Positions 1 to 12,054 are shown, numbered from the whole stretch's first letter. The stretch is 55,460 bases of DNA, filler included, from Sphacelaria rigidula (GCA_964200075.2; 4 parts of 4 records of this genome joined end to end with filler, not necessarily neighbours in it); one strand, 5' to 3'. Made by a program: numbers and translations. The notes: generated by a model from the letters alone, not told the origin.

Positions 1-65
1 GATGAGGGGCTCCGAACAATTCTAACCTCAGAAATTATTTCTGTACCCCTACCGTAGCATCACTC
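1..65. mobile_element. Right end of 255-bp Sola-like MITE family (truncated by scaffold start)
   Basis: Matches 12890-12957 and the reverse complement of 18114-18180; ends in TIR ...ACCCCTACCGTAGCATCACTC. Confidence 0.75.
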
Positions 66-570
66 TCCCTTTTTTCCCGTGGCCCGATCTCTTATTTCTG
101 TCTGGTAGTTTGTTCTGGGACGAAGATAGGGGAGGGATGGGGGATGAGGGGGTGATGTCTTCTAAGGTGTCACCCTGTAGTAGGAACGTGTACTTCGAAG
201 TACAGCTGACGAAAACTTGCACAAGACGAAAAGGCGATGCCACAAAACACACTTTGCAGCGGAGAAACGTAAACGAAGAACGGATGTGGTGGACTGAATT
301 CTTCGTCAGACCTTTCTCCAAGTTTTCCATACATGTATGGCCGCGTGGGTTGACATCCAACACGACACAGCAAAAAATAGATGACTACAACAAAAAACAG
401 ACATCCACACTATTCTGCAACAAGCGGGCATCCTACTTATCTACCCTAACCGTAGACTCTTTCCTTGCCCGAACGATATCATTGCGTGCGTCAATCGCTC
501 AAGCTACAATGCACCAAGTGTTGGCGGGTTTCTCAAAAAGAGACGGGAGATGCACAATATTAGTACAGAT

Positions 571-1008
571 CACGGGATCTTACAAATCGGAGATTGATCT
601 TTTTGGGGGGATGAGAAACCCGGAGGATTAAAATCTTCGTATCCACACCAAATCTTCGAAATGTGGTTCCATTTCTTCTCCTACTGATAGATATTGATAA
701 CTGTTACACGCCATAAAAAATTGGATTTCGATCACCGAGGTGTTGGGGTCCTAGGTGAAAAACCAATTTTCGGGAATTCTGGGTGTCCGAACGGACGCCA
801 AAATGGTTCCGATTTTGTTTTCACCTGGGACCCCAACATTTTTGTGATCGAAGTCCAAATTCCTACGGCGTGTAGAAGTTGTCAATAGCTATTAGTAGGT
901 GAAGAAATGGAATCATATTTCGAAGATTTGGTGTGGATACGAAGACTTTAATTCTCCGGGTTTCTCATCCCCAATAAATGATCCATCCCCAATTTGTAAG
1001 ATCCCGTG
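571..1008. mobile_element. Foldback/MITE element, almost entirely palindromic (~440 bp)
   Basis: CACGGGATCTTACAAAT at 571 pairs with ATTTGTAAGATCCCGTG ending 1008; arms keep pairing inward (640-690 vs 890-940; 721-761 vs 818-859). Confidence 0.8.
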
Positions 1009-1414
1009 TTACAGGCTGGTTGAGGGTGAACGACCAAAATTTACGCCGCAGCGATTTTTCATGCCGGGTTCTCGAGTCAGACCCTGCCATTTCGCACATT
1101 TCGACACGGGTGCCATGAGATATTTAGAAGGTCTGTATATATACTTCTTTTTTTTGTATTTTCGCCAGATATCCGGGATCCCACCGAGGTGGTGTAAGAG
1201 ATCGCCTTCCGGACCTCTGGGTAGGTGGCAAAATACACAAAAAGTCGGGGAAAATAAACATTCATACAGAGTTTTTGAATATCTTAGAGAACCCATGTGC
1301 AACGTTCCAGGGTCCAAGTAAAAAAGCCAGCGCGAAAAAATGCCCGCATGTACGTTGAAGTACAGTACAGTAAACAGATGTACGCGGAATCCCGCTAGTT
1401 ACTTGGTAATAGTC

Positions 1415-1496
1415 GTGGGTACGTCTATTGTGAGACCACGGCTGGACCCCTGGGGAGTCAGTTAAAGTGCGACAATCAATCAATCAATCAATCAAC
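1415..1496 (+). mobile_element. 3' end of a (CAAT)n-tailed non-LTR retroelement
   Basis: GGGTACGTCTA...GACCACGGCTGGA...AAGTGCGAC followed by (AATC)n; reverse complement of 10120-10202 and 12056-12140. Confidence 0.7.
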
Positions 1497-4403
1497 CATC
1501 AGTACTCTGCCAACGTTTTCCGTGTGCCCATGAGCTTACATCGACCGTTTGAGACCAGCTTTTCGAGTTACGCAACGAAACTTTGTACAAACGCTCCCTG
1601 AACTACATCGGGGCAAGTTCAGTTTTTATTTTTTATTTTGAGGCGACATTTTCCGGCTTCTGTAGTTCTCCACGCCAGCCCCCCCCGGAAGGCGGTACGA
1701 GAGCGGATAAACTTGTATATATTCTTGAACGATTTTTTCCCCCATTCGCATTACTCACTTTCACCAAACTGCCGATATCTGGATAAAGGAGCGTTTCTAC
1801 TACAGTTACAAGGGAAAGCGTCAAGAGGGTTAATGGGTCGTTGATGCATTTTATAATTAGTGAAAAGTCTGTTCTCAGTGTTATGTTAGTCTTCTTCAAC
1901 GTTATGGAGTCGTTTTTTAAGAATAGGCTCGCCAACACAGCACACCTGGTGTCTGATAATAATGCTGAAACATGACGTGTGTGTTGCTTGAAGCCTCAGG
2001 CAGGCGTTGATGCAGCAGTTTCGGCGACCCAAGGCGTTTCGTGCGCAGTGTGGCTTGAAAATACGATTCTGCGCGATGCTGCGTTTAATTCCGAAAATTA
2101 GAGCACTTTCTAGTGACGATTCTAGAGGGTAATGATGTGAAATCCGCGCGGAGCCAGGGATATATTTCACCGGCCTTGTTGTTAACGTCGGCCCCCTGTC
2201 GGTCGAGGCTGACACCACGACGGGAAATAACCACCAGTCAAGGTTTACAGTATCTTAGAGGCAGTGTCCTTGGGTACGCCATGCCGAGCAAAGATGCGGC
2301 CGAACAGCGTAGCCGAAGAGGAGAACATTTCCTCCCTCACAGTGCCAGACTTGTGGCGGTTACCACGACAGGGGCGATAGCTGCAGTTTTCTTTCATCAG
2401 AACCAACCCGATATTCTTACGCGGCTTGCTCCCACGTGAAGATATGACCTTTCTCTAACAGGGGCGAGATCGCCCTCTTGGAGAGGACAGAGTGCAGATT
2501 GCAATCCGGAATGTTCCCACCTTGGATAAAACATAGCCAATAATATAGTTGGAATAGACATGAAATGTACTGCGTGAAGGATAGGACTTTTGCGACTAAT
2601 GCTGGCTCATATTTTACGCAGTACATTTCTTGCCTACTGCAACTGTTGACCGTATATTGTCCAAACTGTGAGAAAATTCCACGGATGGATCGCAGGTATT
2701 CTAGCCCCGCAGAGACGTGGTTAGCATCGTGCAGTCGGTAGGTGCTGCAGTCCTCGGTTGTACTGCCACGAGTAACACACACAGTGTCAACTTCGGCAGG
2801 TATTGGCGTGGCGGGATACACGTGCAGTAAACGCTTCCCCCCTCCGCAGTGATATGCACATATGAATCGATACTGTCCACAGCACGCTGTCTTCAGTTCT
2901 CTCGTCTCATGTCAAATGCCGACCTCTCTAGTACTGCAACGGCTTGCATGATACAAGCCCTAAGCACGACGGTGCCCGAACCAGCGTGCGACCCGCATGC
3001 ACACGAGTACGCCAACAGCACACGACAGATAGATATAGACAACACGAGTCACCATGACGCGGCATCGAGTTACCTTAACACAGACACCCCGGCCATGACC
3101 CACACGTGCCCAGGCTGGCTATTGTATGCAAAGGGGTATATATTCAACTCTAGCGATGGCTCCTCTAGCAATGGCGAGCTACTGCTAGAGTGTCATACCC
3201 TTTGATTGTATGCATGGGCACTTGTCTCAAGACTTTGGCGGTGCAGCAGTACACACACAATATATACGCATAGAAGCTGTCGTGCAGTGCGATGGTTGAT
3301 TTTTCCACAGCATATATATGTCGATTCGGTGGAGAAGTCGGTCGCTTCCCTCACCTTGATATCAATCTAGTGTTTGTGTTAGCTTCCTAGAGTATAGCTG
3401 TCCTATGTAGTGCCCTCCGTGTCCTGCTGATAATGGATACATCGAAGAACTGCCAGCTGGGCTTGCGTGCGTGCGATCTGATGATGCGACCTGTAAACAT
3501 GTTTAATTCAACATACAGGGATGAAAATCAGCGGACCGCGAGGACAAGTATTTTTGAGGTTTAGTCAGCGCGCCAAACGTCACAAGTAACCAAGATCGCC
3601 ACGCAGACACTGCATTGTGTTGCCTTGCTTTCCAACTCACAGTTTTTGTTGCTCAGGGTCGAAGAAGCGACGACTGCAACACTCCACGGGACATCCACGC
3701 ACTCGTATCTGCCGCGCTGCAAGAACCGATATCTGAACTCGAAGTTTACAGAAATCTTGCCATCTGGGGTACTTCATTCAGAGGGTGCGGCAGTAACAAG
3801 CACCGTCGGTTTCTTGTCGTCCCTTGTTAAGTAGGAGGTATACCTTGTGGAAGGTGAACACAGTCACCAACGAAGACCCATTTTTGTTCACAGCAACAGA
3901 ACAGACATGAGTCGCCCAAGCACCCGCCGGCAAAGGCAGGCGAAGCTCTTGTCATCCGACGGCTGGAACTTTGGAGAATTCGACATGCAGCAGGTGTGCA
4001 CGTATTCTTTTCGTTGCCGTGCGCTCGATCAACATCAGGGCGGGAGGCTCGGAAGAAGCCGCCTAGGATAAACGGGGCGCAAGTGCGTCAGCGCACAGTA
4101 ACAGCATCATTTGTGCCCGTCGAATGGATCGAACAGTACAACAGAATCAACATCAGAGTAGTATGCTCTGTGAGGACAAAGCTGCCTTGTAGACGGCCGC
4201 CGCGACGGAGCTCTCAGCCGATCCTCGTTTGTTCGTGTAGCAGTATCTTGGCGGGATGGGGGACCGAGGAGCCGGGGGTCTGACACCAATACAACTTCGC
4301 GAAAAAATCTGCAGAGCAGCACTTGACTTTTGTTGACGCTCACGTAGATTTCGGGAAACTTGCCAACTGTATTTTCAGCATATAGTTTTGTCACAACGGC
4401 GGA

Positions 4404-5378
4404 GTGCACCTGCACGGCGTATCAATCCCAGCCTATACGTGTGTTCTGCTCTCTTTTCTTTTGTCGGCCATCATTTCCACGCACGCGCAGGTTGGCACCC
4501 GTCGCCAGCTCCAGAAGCAGCAACAGCACAGACAACTGCGCCCAAGGCCGCGCAAAACGCCCATACTGACGAAGAAAAAACGGGGAGGAGTCACAGGCAA
4601 GCCCGGGGGCAACAGTCAGCAACACTCCAAGAAGAGGTCCGCTCCAAACAACCTCCAGACCACGGCCCATGCACGTCGGGCAACTAGAGTTGCCCCAACT
4701 ACTGCAACGACGACTCGCTCTTCGGCTCGTCGCACAGAAATCGTTCGTGCACCAGGCCGCTCCGCCGATGAGAACCGCGGAAACATCGACACGTCGAAGG
4801 CAGACACAGTACCAATCGCGTGCAACAACCAACAACCAGCCAACCGACTAGGCAACAACCGAGCGGAAGCAGCTGGCAGGAGGACGCCTGCCGCCCCCAG
4901 GCGCCGCAACCCCTTCGCAGCAGCCATGAAGCCAGCACCCGCTGCAAACAGAACCTCTTCGCCGCGTCAGCCCGCTACTGCCCTCCAAAGGCTGAGGAGG
5001 GTGGTTCCCTTCGCAAGATGCACCAATCCGCGCGTGAACTCGCAAGCCTGTGAGTCGAGTGCCCTCAGCACTGCAGGCGGGGCACTTTTTTCCCCTGTAT
5101 CCCTGGTGACCACACCGGCGAGGTTTATCCGCGGTGTGGTGGGTTCGTCAGTGCAGTCTCTACGCACGGCGCTGTTCGGCGAAGAAAAGGCAGAGGAGGT
5201 CAGCGGCGGCGGTGACTCGAGGGAAGGTGCCATCAGCAATGACGCGGGGCTGAGCGGGGGTGGTGGAGAGGCCGGAGGAGGTTCAGTTGCAGGAGGTGGG
5301 GCGAGGAGTGGCGAGACGGAGCGGAGTGACAGTCCGGAGGCGGCGATGATGCGGCGCGCACGGAGGCGGCCTAACTAG
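4404..5378 (+). CDS. Low-complexity Ala/Arg/Gly/Pro-rich ORF or exon, unknown function (possibly TE-derived)
   Basis: 324-codon open frame, GC-rich; plausible acceptor cacgcgcag|gttggc at 4490; no recognisable domain. Confidence 0.3.
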   Translation: MHLHGVSIPAYTCVLLSFLLSAIISTHAQVGTRRQLQKQQQHRQLRPRPRKTPILTKKKRGGVTGKPGGNSQQHSKKRSAPNNLQTTAHARRATRVAPTTATTTRSSARRTEIVRAPGRSADENRGNIDTSKADTVPIACNNQQPANRLGNNRAEAAGRRTPAAPRRRNPFAAAMKPAPAANRTSSPRQPATALQRLRRVVPFARCTNPRVNSQACESSALSTAGGALFSPVSLVTTPARFIRGVVGSSVQSLRTALFGEEKAEEVSGGGDSREGAISNDAGLSGGGGEAGGGSVAGGGARSGETERSDSPEAAMMRRARRRPN

Positions 5379-5394
5379 CGATAGGCGGCGGGTG

Positions 5395-5900
5395 GTTATA
5401 TTGTGGTGGGCGGGCATGGGAACACAGGAATGGCGGGGTGGTAGGAAGGAAGGGCATAATCGGTCGTCTGATAGCTGTGGATGGGGGTGCGAAGTACGGC
5501 TGAGCAGGGTGAGGGACTCTCGAAGATTGTGGTGGGCTGGAGGATGGAAGGGTGGCAGGAAGAAAGGGCATCACTTGTGTGACAACTGTGGACGGAGGTA
5601 CGGAGTACGGCTGAGCAGGGTGAAGGGTTTTCGAAGATTGTGGTGGGCTGGGGGATGGAAGGGGGATGGCAGGATGGCAGGAAGGAAGGGCATCATTTGT
5701 GTGGCAACTGTGGATGGGGGTACGGAGTACGGCTGAGCAGGATTAGGAATTCTCGAAGATGGGGGTGGGCTGGAGGATGGAAGGGGGATGTCTGGATGGC
5801 TGGATGGGAGGAAGGAAGGGCATCAGGTTGTGTGGCAACTGTGGATGGAGGTGCAGAGTGTGGCTGAGCAGGGTGGCAGGGTTTCGAATATGGCGGTGTG
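5395..5900. repeat. G-rich tandem repeat, ~110-130 bp unit, about 4.5 copies
   Basis: Recurring GTGGTGGGCTGG.GGATGGAAGGG...GGGCATCA...CAACTGTGGA.GG.GGT.CGGAGTACGGCTGAGCAGG unit at ~5400, 5530, 5640, 5760. Confidence 0.85.
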
Positions 5901-8436
5901 CTAGAGGAGGGATAGATGGATACGACAACTGTGTACGAGACAACCAAAAGTATATGAGGCGGGGAAAGGCGGGGTGAGAAGAGCCAGGGCGATTGGGTTG
6001 ACTTGATGATCACGACAGTGACAAGGAGCAAGCTGTGCGTGGGGAAGCTACGTGCGTCTCGTGGTAGTGTACGAACTACGCTATCTGTCAGTCCTTACGC
6101 ATAGCACTGTTCGGCGACAAAGGAGGGGTGGATTATAGGCAGACGCGGCGACAGGAGAGGGCCGACATCAGGCAGGGGTTGGTCGTGAGCTGACGAAAAG
6201 GCCGTAGGCTCAGGCGCAGGGAGCGGGGTGGTAAATGGCGATGGAAGCGGGGCGGGGAGCCGGCGGATGGGTGAGTAGGGGAGGAAAGGTATGACGACCT
6301 CAGGATAAGGGGCCGGGAGGCAGGGCACCGTTTAGATGAGGGTCCTGGAGGAGAGCAATGGGTGTGGCCGAGTGGGGTAAGGGGGATTCGAATATGGCGG
6401 CGTCATTAAGAAGGAACACAGATGCAATATGTGTGTGGTTGAGACGAAGAGATATACGAATAGCCACGGTAGGGAGACAATGGTCGTGGAGGGTGGGATC
6501 GGGGGAGATGCGGTGGCTTGATCAAGGCAATGCAAAGTAGCAAACCGTGTGGGGGTAGGCTACGCACATTTCAGTGTTGCAGATCTGTGTGCGCCACGTA
6601 ATTTATATGTTTGAATCAGCGAGACTTCCAGTCAATCGCGGAGTCGTGGAGATATCGGCATTTTAATGGAGTTTGCTGCGTATGGGGAGTTCATTTTTAG
6701 TCTGTAAACGTGTTTATTTCAACGGACGGTAGTCGTGCTTGTCGTTAGTGATTGTTTACGTGTGTTTTGTGTTTGTTTTTGCAGTTGTAGCGCGGCATGA
6801 CCTCGCTGTTGAGTTTTTTGCTGGTGAAATATATAACTCGACCCAGCGAGCGGCACCAGGCAACACGCGTTGTAGGAAGTCAGCACAGGCAGGAGAGCGT
6901 GAGCATATACACACACGTATGAACTCATGTGCGGCGAATCGGGTGCTAGCAACGACGGAAGAGATCAAGCGCCAAATCACATGATTTGGGGTTGTTCAAA
7001 CAAACGATCACCACATTTTTAGCGCCGTCAGGTTGGGTCTCGAATTTCGCTCTCGGCAGCACTGTGGAAATGAGATGGCCAAAACCGCGGATCGACTGAC
7101 ATGTTTTCAGATCGATATTCATCACGATATCCAGAGCAACACAAACCGGGGCCTGTGATGTAGAGGGATACGCAGCTTGCCTGGACACATAGCGACACAC
7201 GTACAGACATGTGATGTGTTCCCGGAGTCTGTGTGTTATCGGTGGCATTTGTTTCACCCAAAGCAACTTTTCCTGCACTATTACACACGCTGGGTACATA
7301 CAAACACGGGAGTTGTGATGGTGCGCCCCCCCCTGCATCCAACACCCCCTATCGCCAGCTCAACGCGACGCGCAAACAATGTCTACTAATTATCGACACA
7401 TACATCCAACTACCATGCGCATCTCGAGAATCCGTCACCTCGTCTCGACAGCTATACCACGTGCCACCGGCCAGAGCGATACGGTTTCGGAAAGGTCTCA
7501 GGGGACAAGTGTTCGTGGACATGCCTCCCATGGTCAGCCCCATTGCATTTATCCAGAGGAGACTGTATTCGATGTGGTGAAATATCCACACTCCGATCGA
7601 ATATACCGATGCACCTTTCGGATACCAACCCCTTCGCGGCTGCCTGCTCAGTCAGACCGATGCTGACCGAGATATGTTGAGATTTCACAATCTCGTGCAT
7701 CCTCTCACTACAACAAAATAGACTTTGGCAGTCACAGAGGTCGCACAGACGCGTCGGAAAAACAGGGATGCCGTGTGCCTAGCTACGGAAGCATTGGAGA
7801 CATGCAGTTAACTTTCTCTATCTCATACTGTGAGTAAAGTCAGTCATGGGATGCAAATCGAATCTCCCCAACGGAAATGCGTCCGATACTGTGCTCATTG
7901 AAAAGACACAGTTGTGAAGATTCTCATGAGAGGAAGACAAATCGATGTCATGGAGTTGAGAGTTTTCAAGACGAAATTGCCCATATTTTGATTTTTAATA
8001 CTTTTCGACATCTGTTTTAGGATTGTCTGCTTTTTAATCATATTTTCGACGGTTAATCGCCGCCCACTTTGCTTGCCTGCCGCAACCACGAGGGACTCTC
8101 GCGAGCACACCACCCCCCTCCCCCCTCTTCCCCTGTTATAAATAGGGCGCCGAAGTATCGTTGGACCGCCGTTGCGCCATTGCGGTTGAGATAACGGGGA
8201 CCACCCCGCCAGGGAACTCAAAGTTTCCGAAGGGCAAATCAGAATCACTCACGGAGCGGTACGGTGTTGATCCCGGGTACCAAACAAAACGATGGAAAGA
8301 CTGCAATACTCAGAGAGACGGTACCGAGGAGCTCGACCTCTCGAGCAAACATCGGAGTGGCGTCGCTTCTTACTTCAACAAAGGGCCGCTGCGCTGTGGA
8401 CGGTCAACAAGCATATCCGGTATTCTTTCGTGATGT

Positions 8437-8952
8437 CCCCCCCCGCCCCCCCCGCCATGTCCGGCGAGAAGCCGGCGTGCTTTGTCCCGGTTTTATAGGG
8501 GCGGACATCCGATGGGATTGGCGTCGGTTGGCGATGCCGCTGCAAAACACGTCACTCACTGCGTAAGCCGGGTAACCAGGTTACCGACTGTTTTTTGCAT
8601 GCTCGCGTTTTTTTTCTGCGGTAAACATGATGGTAGTCGAGCTAGATTATGTTGTGCGGCGTGGGAGAACCTCAACTCCGCGCGAAGGAGATGATCGTAC
8701 TACGTAGCGTTTAGATGATGAGACACACATGAGGCAGTGTACAAACCGCCGCTGTCTCTGCAAGTAGCGATACCATAAAATGAAGCAACTCATTGCGGAC
8801 TGTCATCCAAATGCAAGATAATCAGTAGGCTTCGGGCCGAACAATCTTTGCAAGAGGCAGCTCGCTCTTCATGCGACTCGCCGAACACACCACGAAGCTT
8901 CGCGCTCGGTGATTGATCGCGAGCCTGATCCGACGGAACCCTGGCGTGCTCC
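8437..8952 (+). mobile_element. ~600-bp poly(C)-tailed non-autonomous element, 3'-truncated copy preceded by a C-tract
   Basis: Reverse complement of 9290-9790 throughout; starts right after CCCCCCCGCCCCCCCG. Confidence 0.8.
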
Positions 8953-9110
8953 ATGAAGGGTGAGCTGCATCCTCCTAAAGTTGTTTAGCCCAAAGCGTAC
9001 TGATGAGCTTGCACTTGGATGGCAGCCTACAGTGAGTTGCTTCATTCTCTGGTATCACCACTTCCAGAGAGAATCACGGGCTACACATGATCTCGTGGGC
9101 GTCTCACCAT
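8953..9110 (-). mobile_element. Internal fragment of the ~600-bp element, opposite orientation
   Basis: Matches 9371-9530 (AAGGGTGAGCTGCATCCT...GTCTCACCATG). Confidence 0.75.
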
Positions 9111-9200
9111 GGGAGGGGGGAGTGTACTCATTCGTTGCTTGCCTTAGTCGTTTGACCATTGACCACGCATCCCTTTCGAGACGGAGCACCGTGGCGGGCG
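9110..9200 (-). mobile_element. LINE-like 3' terminus (encodes ...APSRKGCVVNGQTTKASNE*) with poly(C) tail
   Basis: Same sequence at 11690-11780 (-) and 54200-54283 (+); open frame ends just before GTACACTCCCCCC. Confidence 0.7.
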
Positions 9201-9800
9201 GGGAGGGGCGGGGGTGGGGGCGGGTATACTCATGATCTTGCATGCCATAGTCATGTGACAATTGACCTCGCATCCTTACAAAGCCGGGACGGAGCACGCT
9301 GGGGTTTCGCTGTACCAGGCTCGCGATCAATCACCAAGCGCGAAGCGCCATGGTGTGTTCGGTAAGTCACATCAAGGGTGAGCTGCATCCTGCCAAGATT
9401 GTTCGGCCCGAAGCGTACTGATTATCTTCCACTTAGATAGCAGTCTAGAATGAACTGCTTCATGTTCTGGTTTCGCCGCTTTCAGAGACAGTCATGGCCT
9501 ATACACTGCCTCACGGGTGTCTCACCATGTAAACACTACGCAGTACGATCATCTCCTCTGTGCGGAGTTGAGGTTCTCCCACTCCGCACGATATGATCCC
9601 GCTATACCACCATCATGGTTACCGCGAAAAAGCCCCGCGAGCGCCTTAAAAAATCCCGGTAACATGGTTGCCTAGCTTGCACAGTGAGTGACGTGTTCTA
9701 CAGCGTCATTGCCGACCGACGTCAACCCCATAGGGAATCCGTTCCTACAAAGTCGGGATGGAGCACGCCGGTTTTTCGCCGGACCCGGCTAATATGTAGG
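9200..9800 (-). mobile_element. ~600-bp poly(C)-tailed non-autonomous element, near full length
   Basis: Colinear with 22445-22950 and 52308-52918; G-tracts at both ends on the + strand. Confidence 0.85.
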
Positions 9801-9920
9801 AGGGGGGGGTGTACTCATGATCTTGGATGCTGTAGTCATATGGCCACTGAACTCGCATCCCTACAAAGCCGGAACGGAGCACGCCGGCTTTTTGCCGGAC
9901 CAGGCTCACGGTGGGGAGGG
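9801..9920 (-). mobile_element. 5'-truncated copy of the ~600-bp element
   Basis: GGGGGGGGTGTACTCATGATCTTG...CCAGGCTC matches 9222-9322, followed by GTGGGGAGGG. Confidence 0.8.
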
Positions 9921-10119
9921 TCAGCTATTGCTCGAGAAATACGGGTCCGTGGATCTATGCACATCAACGTTGTTTTGGACACGTGCCCTTCGGCGAGATA
10001 AAGGGTCACCAAGCTCCCAACATCGCGATAGAGGGACCGTTCTGAGTAGTGTTTCCTACCTCAAGACTTGTATCAGTGTGGGTTACTCTCCCGCTACGCT
10101 TGGTCGATTTTACCTCACC

Positions 10120-10920
10120 TTTGATTGATTGATTGGTTATCGCACTTCACCTTATCCCTCAGGGATCCGGCCGTGGTCATTATCCACATGGTAGACATAC
10201 CCGAGACAAAACAAAACTGTGACACTCGCAGACGAAAAGTGAACAGACGAACAGGGTAATAGACTAAGAAAAAAAGAAGAAAATATATGGAAAAAAAATA
10301 GAACAGAAAAACGATAACGGCAAAAGAAATGAAGAAGAAAAAGAAATGGCTGGCCCTTCCCTCATGGCTTCGGAGGAAAAGGTCTTGCGGAGAAAGTACG
10401 CTCATATCCAATCGTAGAGAACAAAAGGACGTGGGAAAAGATTGCGGATAATCGACTACGACCTCACTATTTGTGTGTGTGGAACCTCTCATCTATGAGC
10501 CCTACGGGGGCGAGGCACCAAACGCATCTGGCATACATCGGCGGAAGAAAAATACGTGCATAAAGAGAAACGTAGAGAAACGGAGAGCAGAGAAGGCGAC
10601 TACAGAAGTGGTGAAATCCAAATGATTCAGGGCAGCAGAGCAGGCACAAGCGCACACCAGAGGGCACCCCAGAAGCACCGACCAAGGGCAAAATCAACAA
10701 CCGGCAAAGACAGGCAGGATTGTCCCATTGGCGGCTCTCGACGCAGCAGTCTCTCGCTTGTCTTCGCATCGCCGCGTGTCTCCAAACTCTTTCTATCCTT
10801 TCTCGACCCACCATATACCGTGTGATAGCTCCTCTGTTGCTAAACACAGCGTCCGTGATGATGAAAATGTCTGGTTTTGTCCTGGCCGGCAACAATTTCC
10901 TGTTTTCAGCAGCTCGCATA
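10120..10920 (-). mobile_element. (CAAT)n-tailed non-LTR retroelement 3' region (possibly a LINE 3' UTR with decayed ORF end)
   Basis: TTGATTGATTGATTG tail at 10121; 10120-10470 is homologous to 12055-12702; extent beyond 10470 is uncertain. Confidence 0.6.
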
Positions 10921-11689
10921 TCCTAGTATTGCTTGAAGTCGACCCGTTGACCGCAAACCACAAGAGTGAGCCATATTGATGTCGGCATCATGTGTTACTT
11001 GGAAGATTAATTCAAACTCTAGTGGACCACCCTGGCGGCCGTATGGCGGTCGCGGGGTTATGGCCCGTTCTCAACGACGGGTCGGAAAACTTTCGATCTA
11101 CTTCGCTTTTCCCTACCGGTGAAAGTGCAAAGCGATAGTTTTGATGCAAATGGCTTCTAGGTCCCCTTCCACATTGCACTTGTCATCGCACGTTGTTTCA
11201 CCAGTAGCCGCCGGCGACCAACACCAACATCATGATCATATCCAAGAACGGCAAAATCTCCTCTATCGATGAGTGATGCTGGGATCTCTCCCCCCCTCCC
11301 CCCGCCCCCGCCCCCGCCCCCCCAAAGGGGTTGATTTGAGCAGCCAAAATCTACATTCGAGGCAGAATGAGAAAGGCTGAGCACGCAGAGCAGCTGGGAA
11401 CTCCCCCGCCTCGAATCGTTTTCGCCAATAATATCGCCCGTACGAGGCGCTTCCTGCAGTCTGTGACCAACTATGATGCGCTGCACGGTCACTTCCTTCT
11501 TGACTGTTTGGGAGCTTGTTTAGGTGGAGACTTTCGCGGCATCACTTTTACGACATGCAGTGTAGTCATCGTGTGTGTGTGTGCAGTATTGGGACTATGC
11601 GTGCATCAAACCGCATGAAACAAGCAGCGGTGCTGATTTTCGACGCTGCCCACCATTCAAACTTGGAATGGAAATGGGCAACGCGATGT

Positions 11690-11780
11690 GGGGGGGGGCG
11701 TTACTCATTTGTTGCTTGCCTTAGTCGTTTGACCATTGCCCACGCATCCCTTTCGAGACGGGGCACCGCGATGGGGGGGA
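11690..11780 (-). mobile_element. LINE-like 3' terminus with poly(C) tail, G-tracts on both sides
   Basis: GGGGGGGGGCGTTACTCATTTGTTGCTTGCCTTAGTCG...GATGGGGGGG; matches 9110-9200. Confidence 0.75.
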
Positions 11781-12054
11781 ACGCCATGGATTTTTCCAGG
11801 CTCCAAACGTACACCGCAGGAATGTGCACGGAAAACGGAAATGTGCGAATGAACAAGAAACAAATATTTTCCCCCCACCAAGAACGGTGATTATCTGCAG
11901 CGTTGCGCTGCTGGGCATGACACCGCGTGATGGGATATTGCATGGTGGACGAGGATCCCAAACCGCGTTAATAAACGTGTCGTTCTCCATATTTTTAGGT
12001 GGAAGTAAGGGTACCCGCGAATCGTTTACACGGCATCATAGCTACAGAACTGAT

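Noticed and set aside
5395-5900. CRISPR-like repeat-spacer array
   Set aside because: Whole units are homologous with no unique spacers, no cas genes, and a eukaryotic context.
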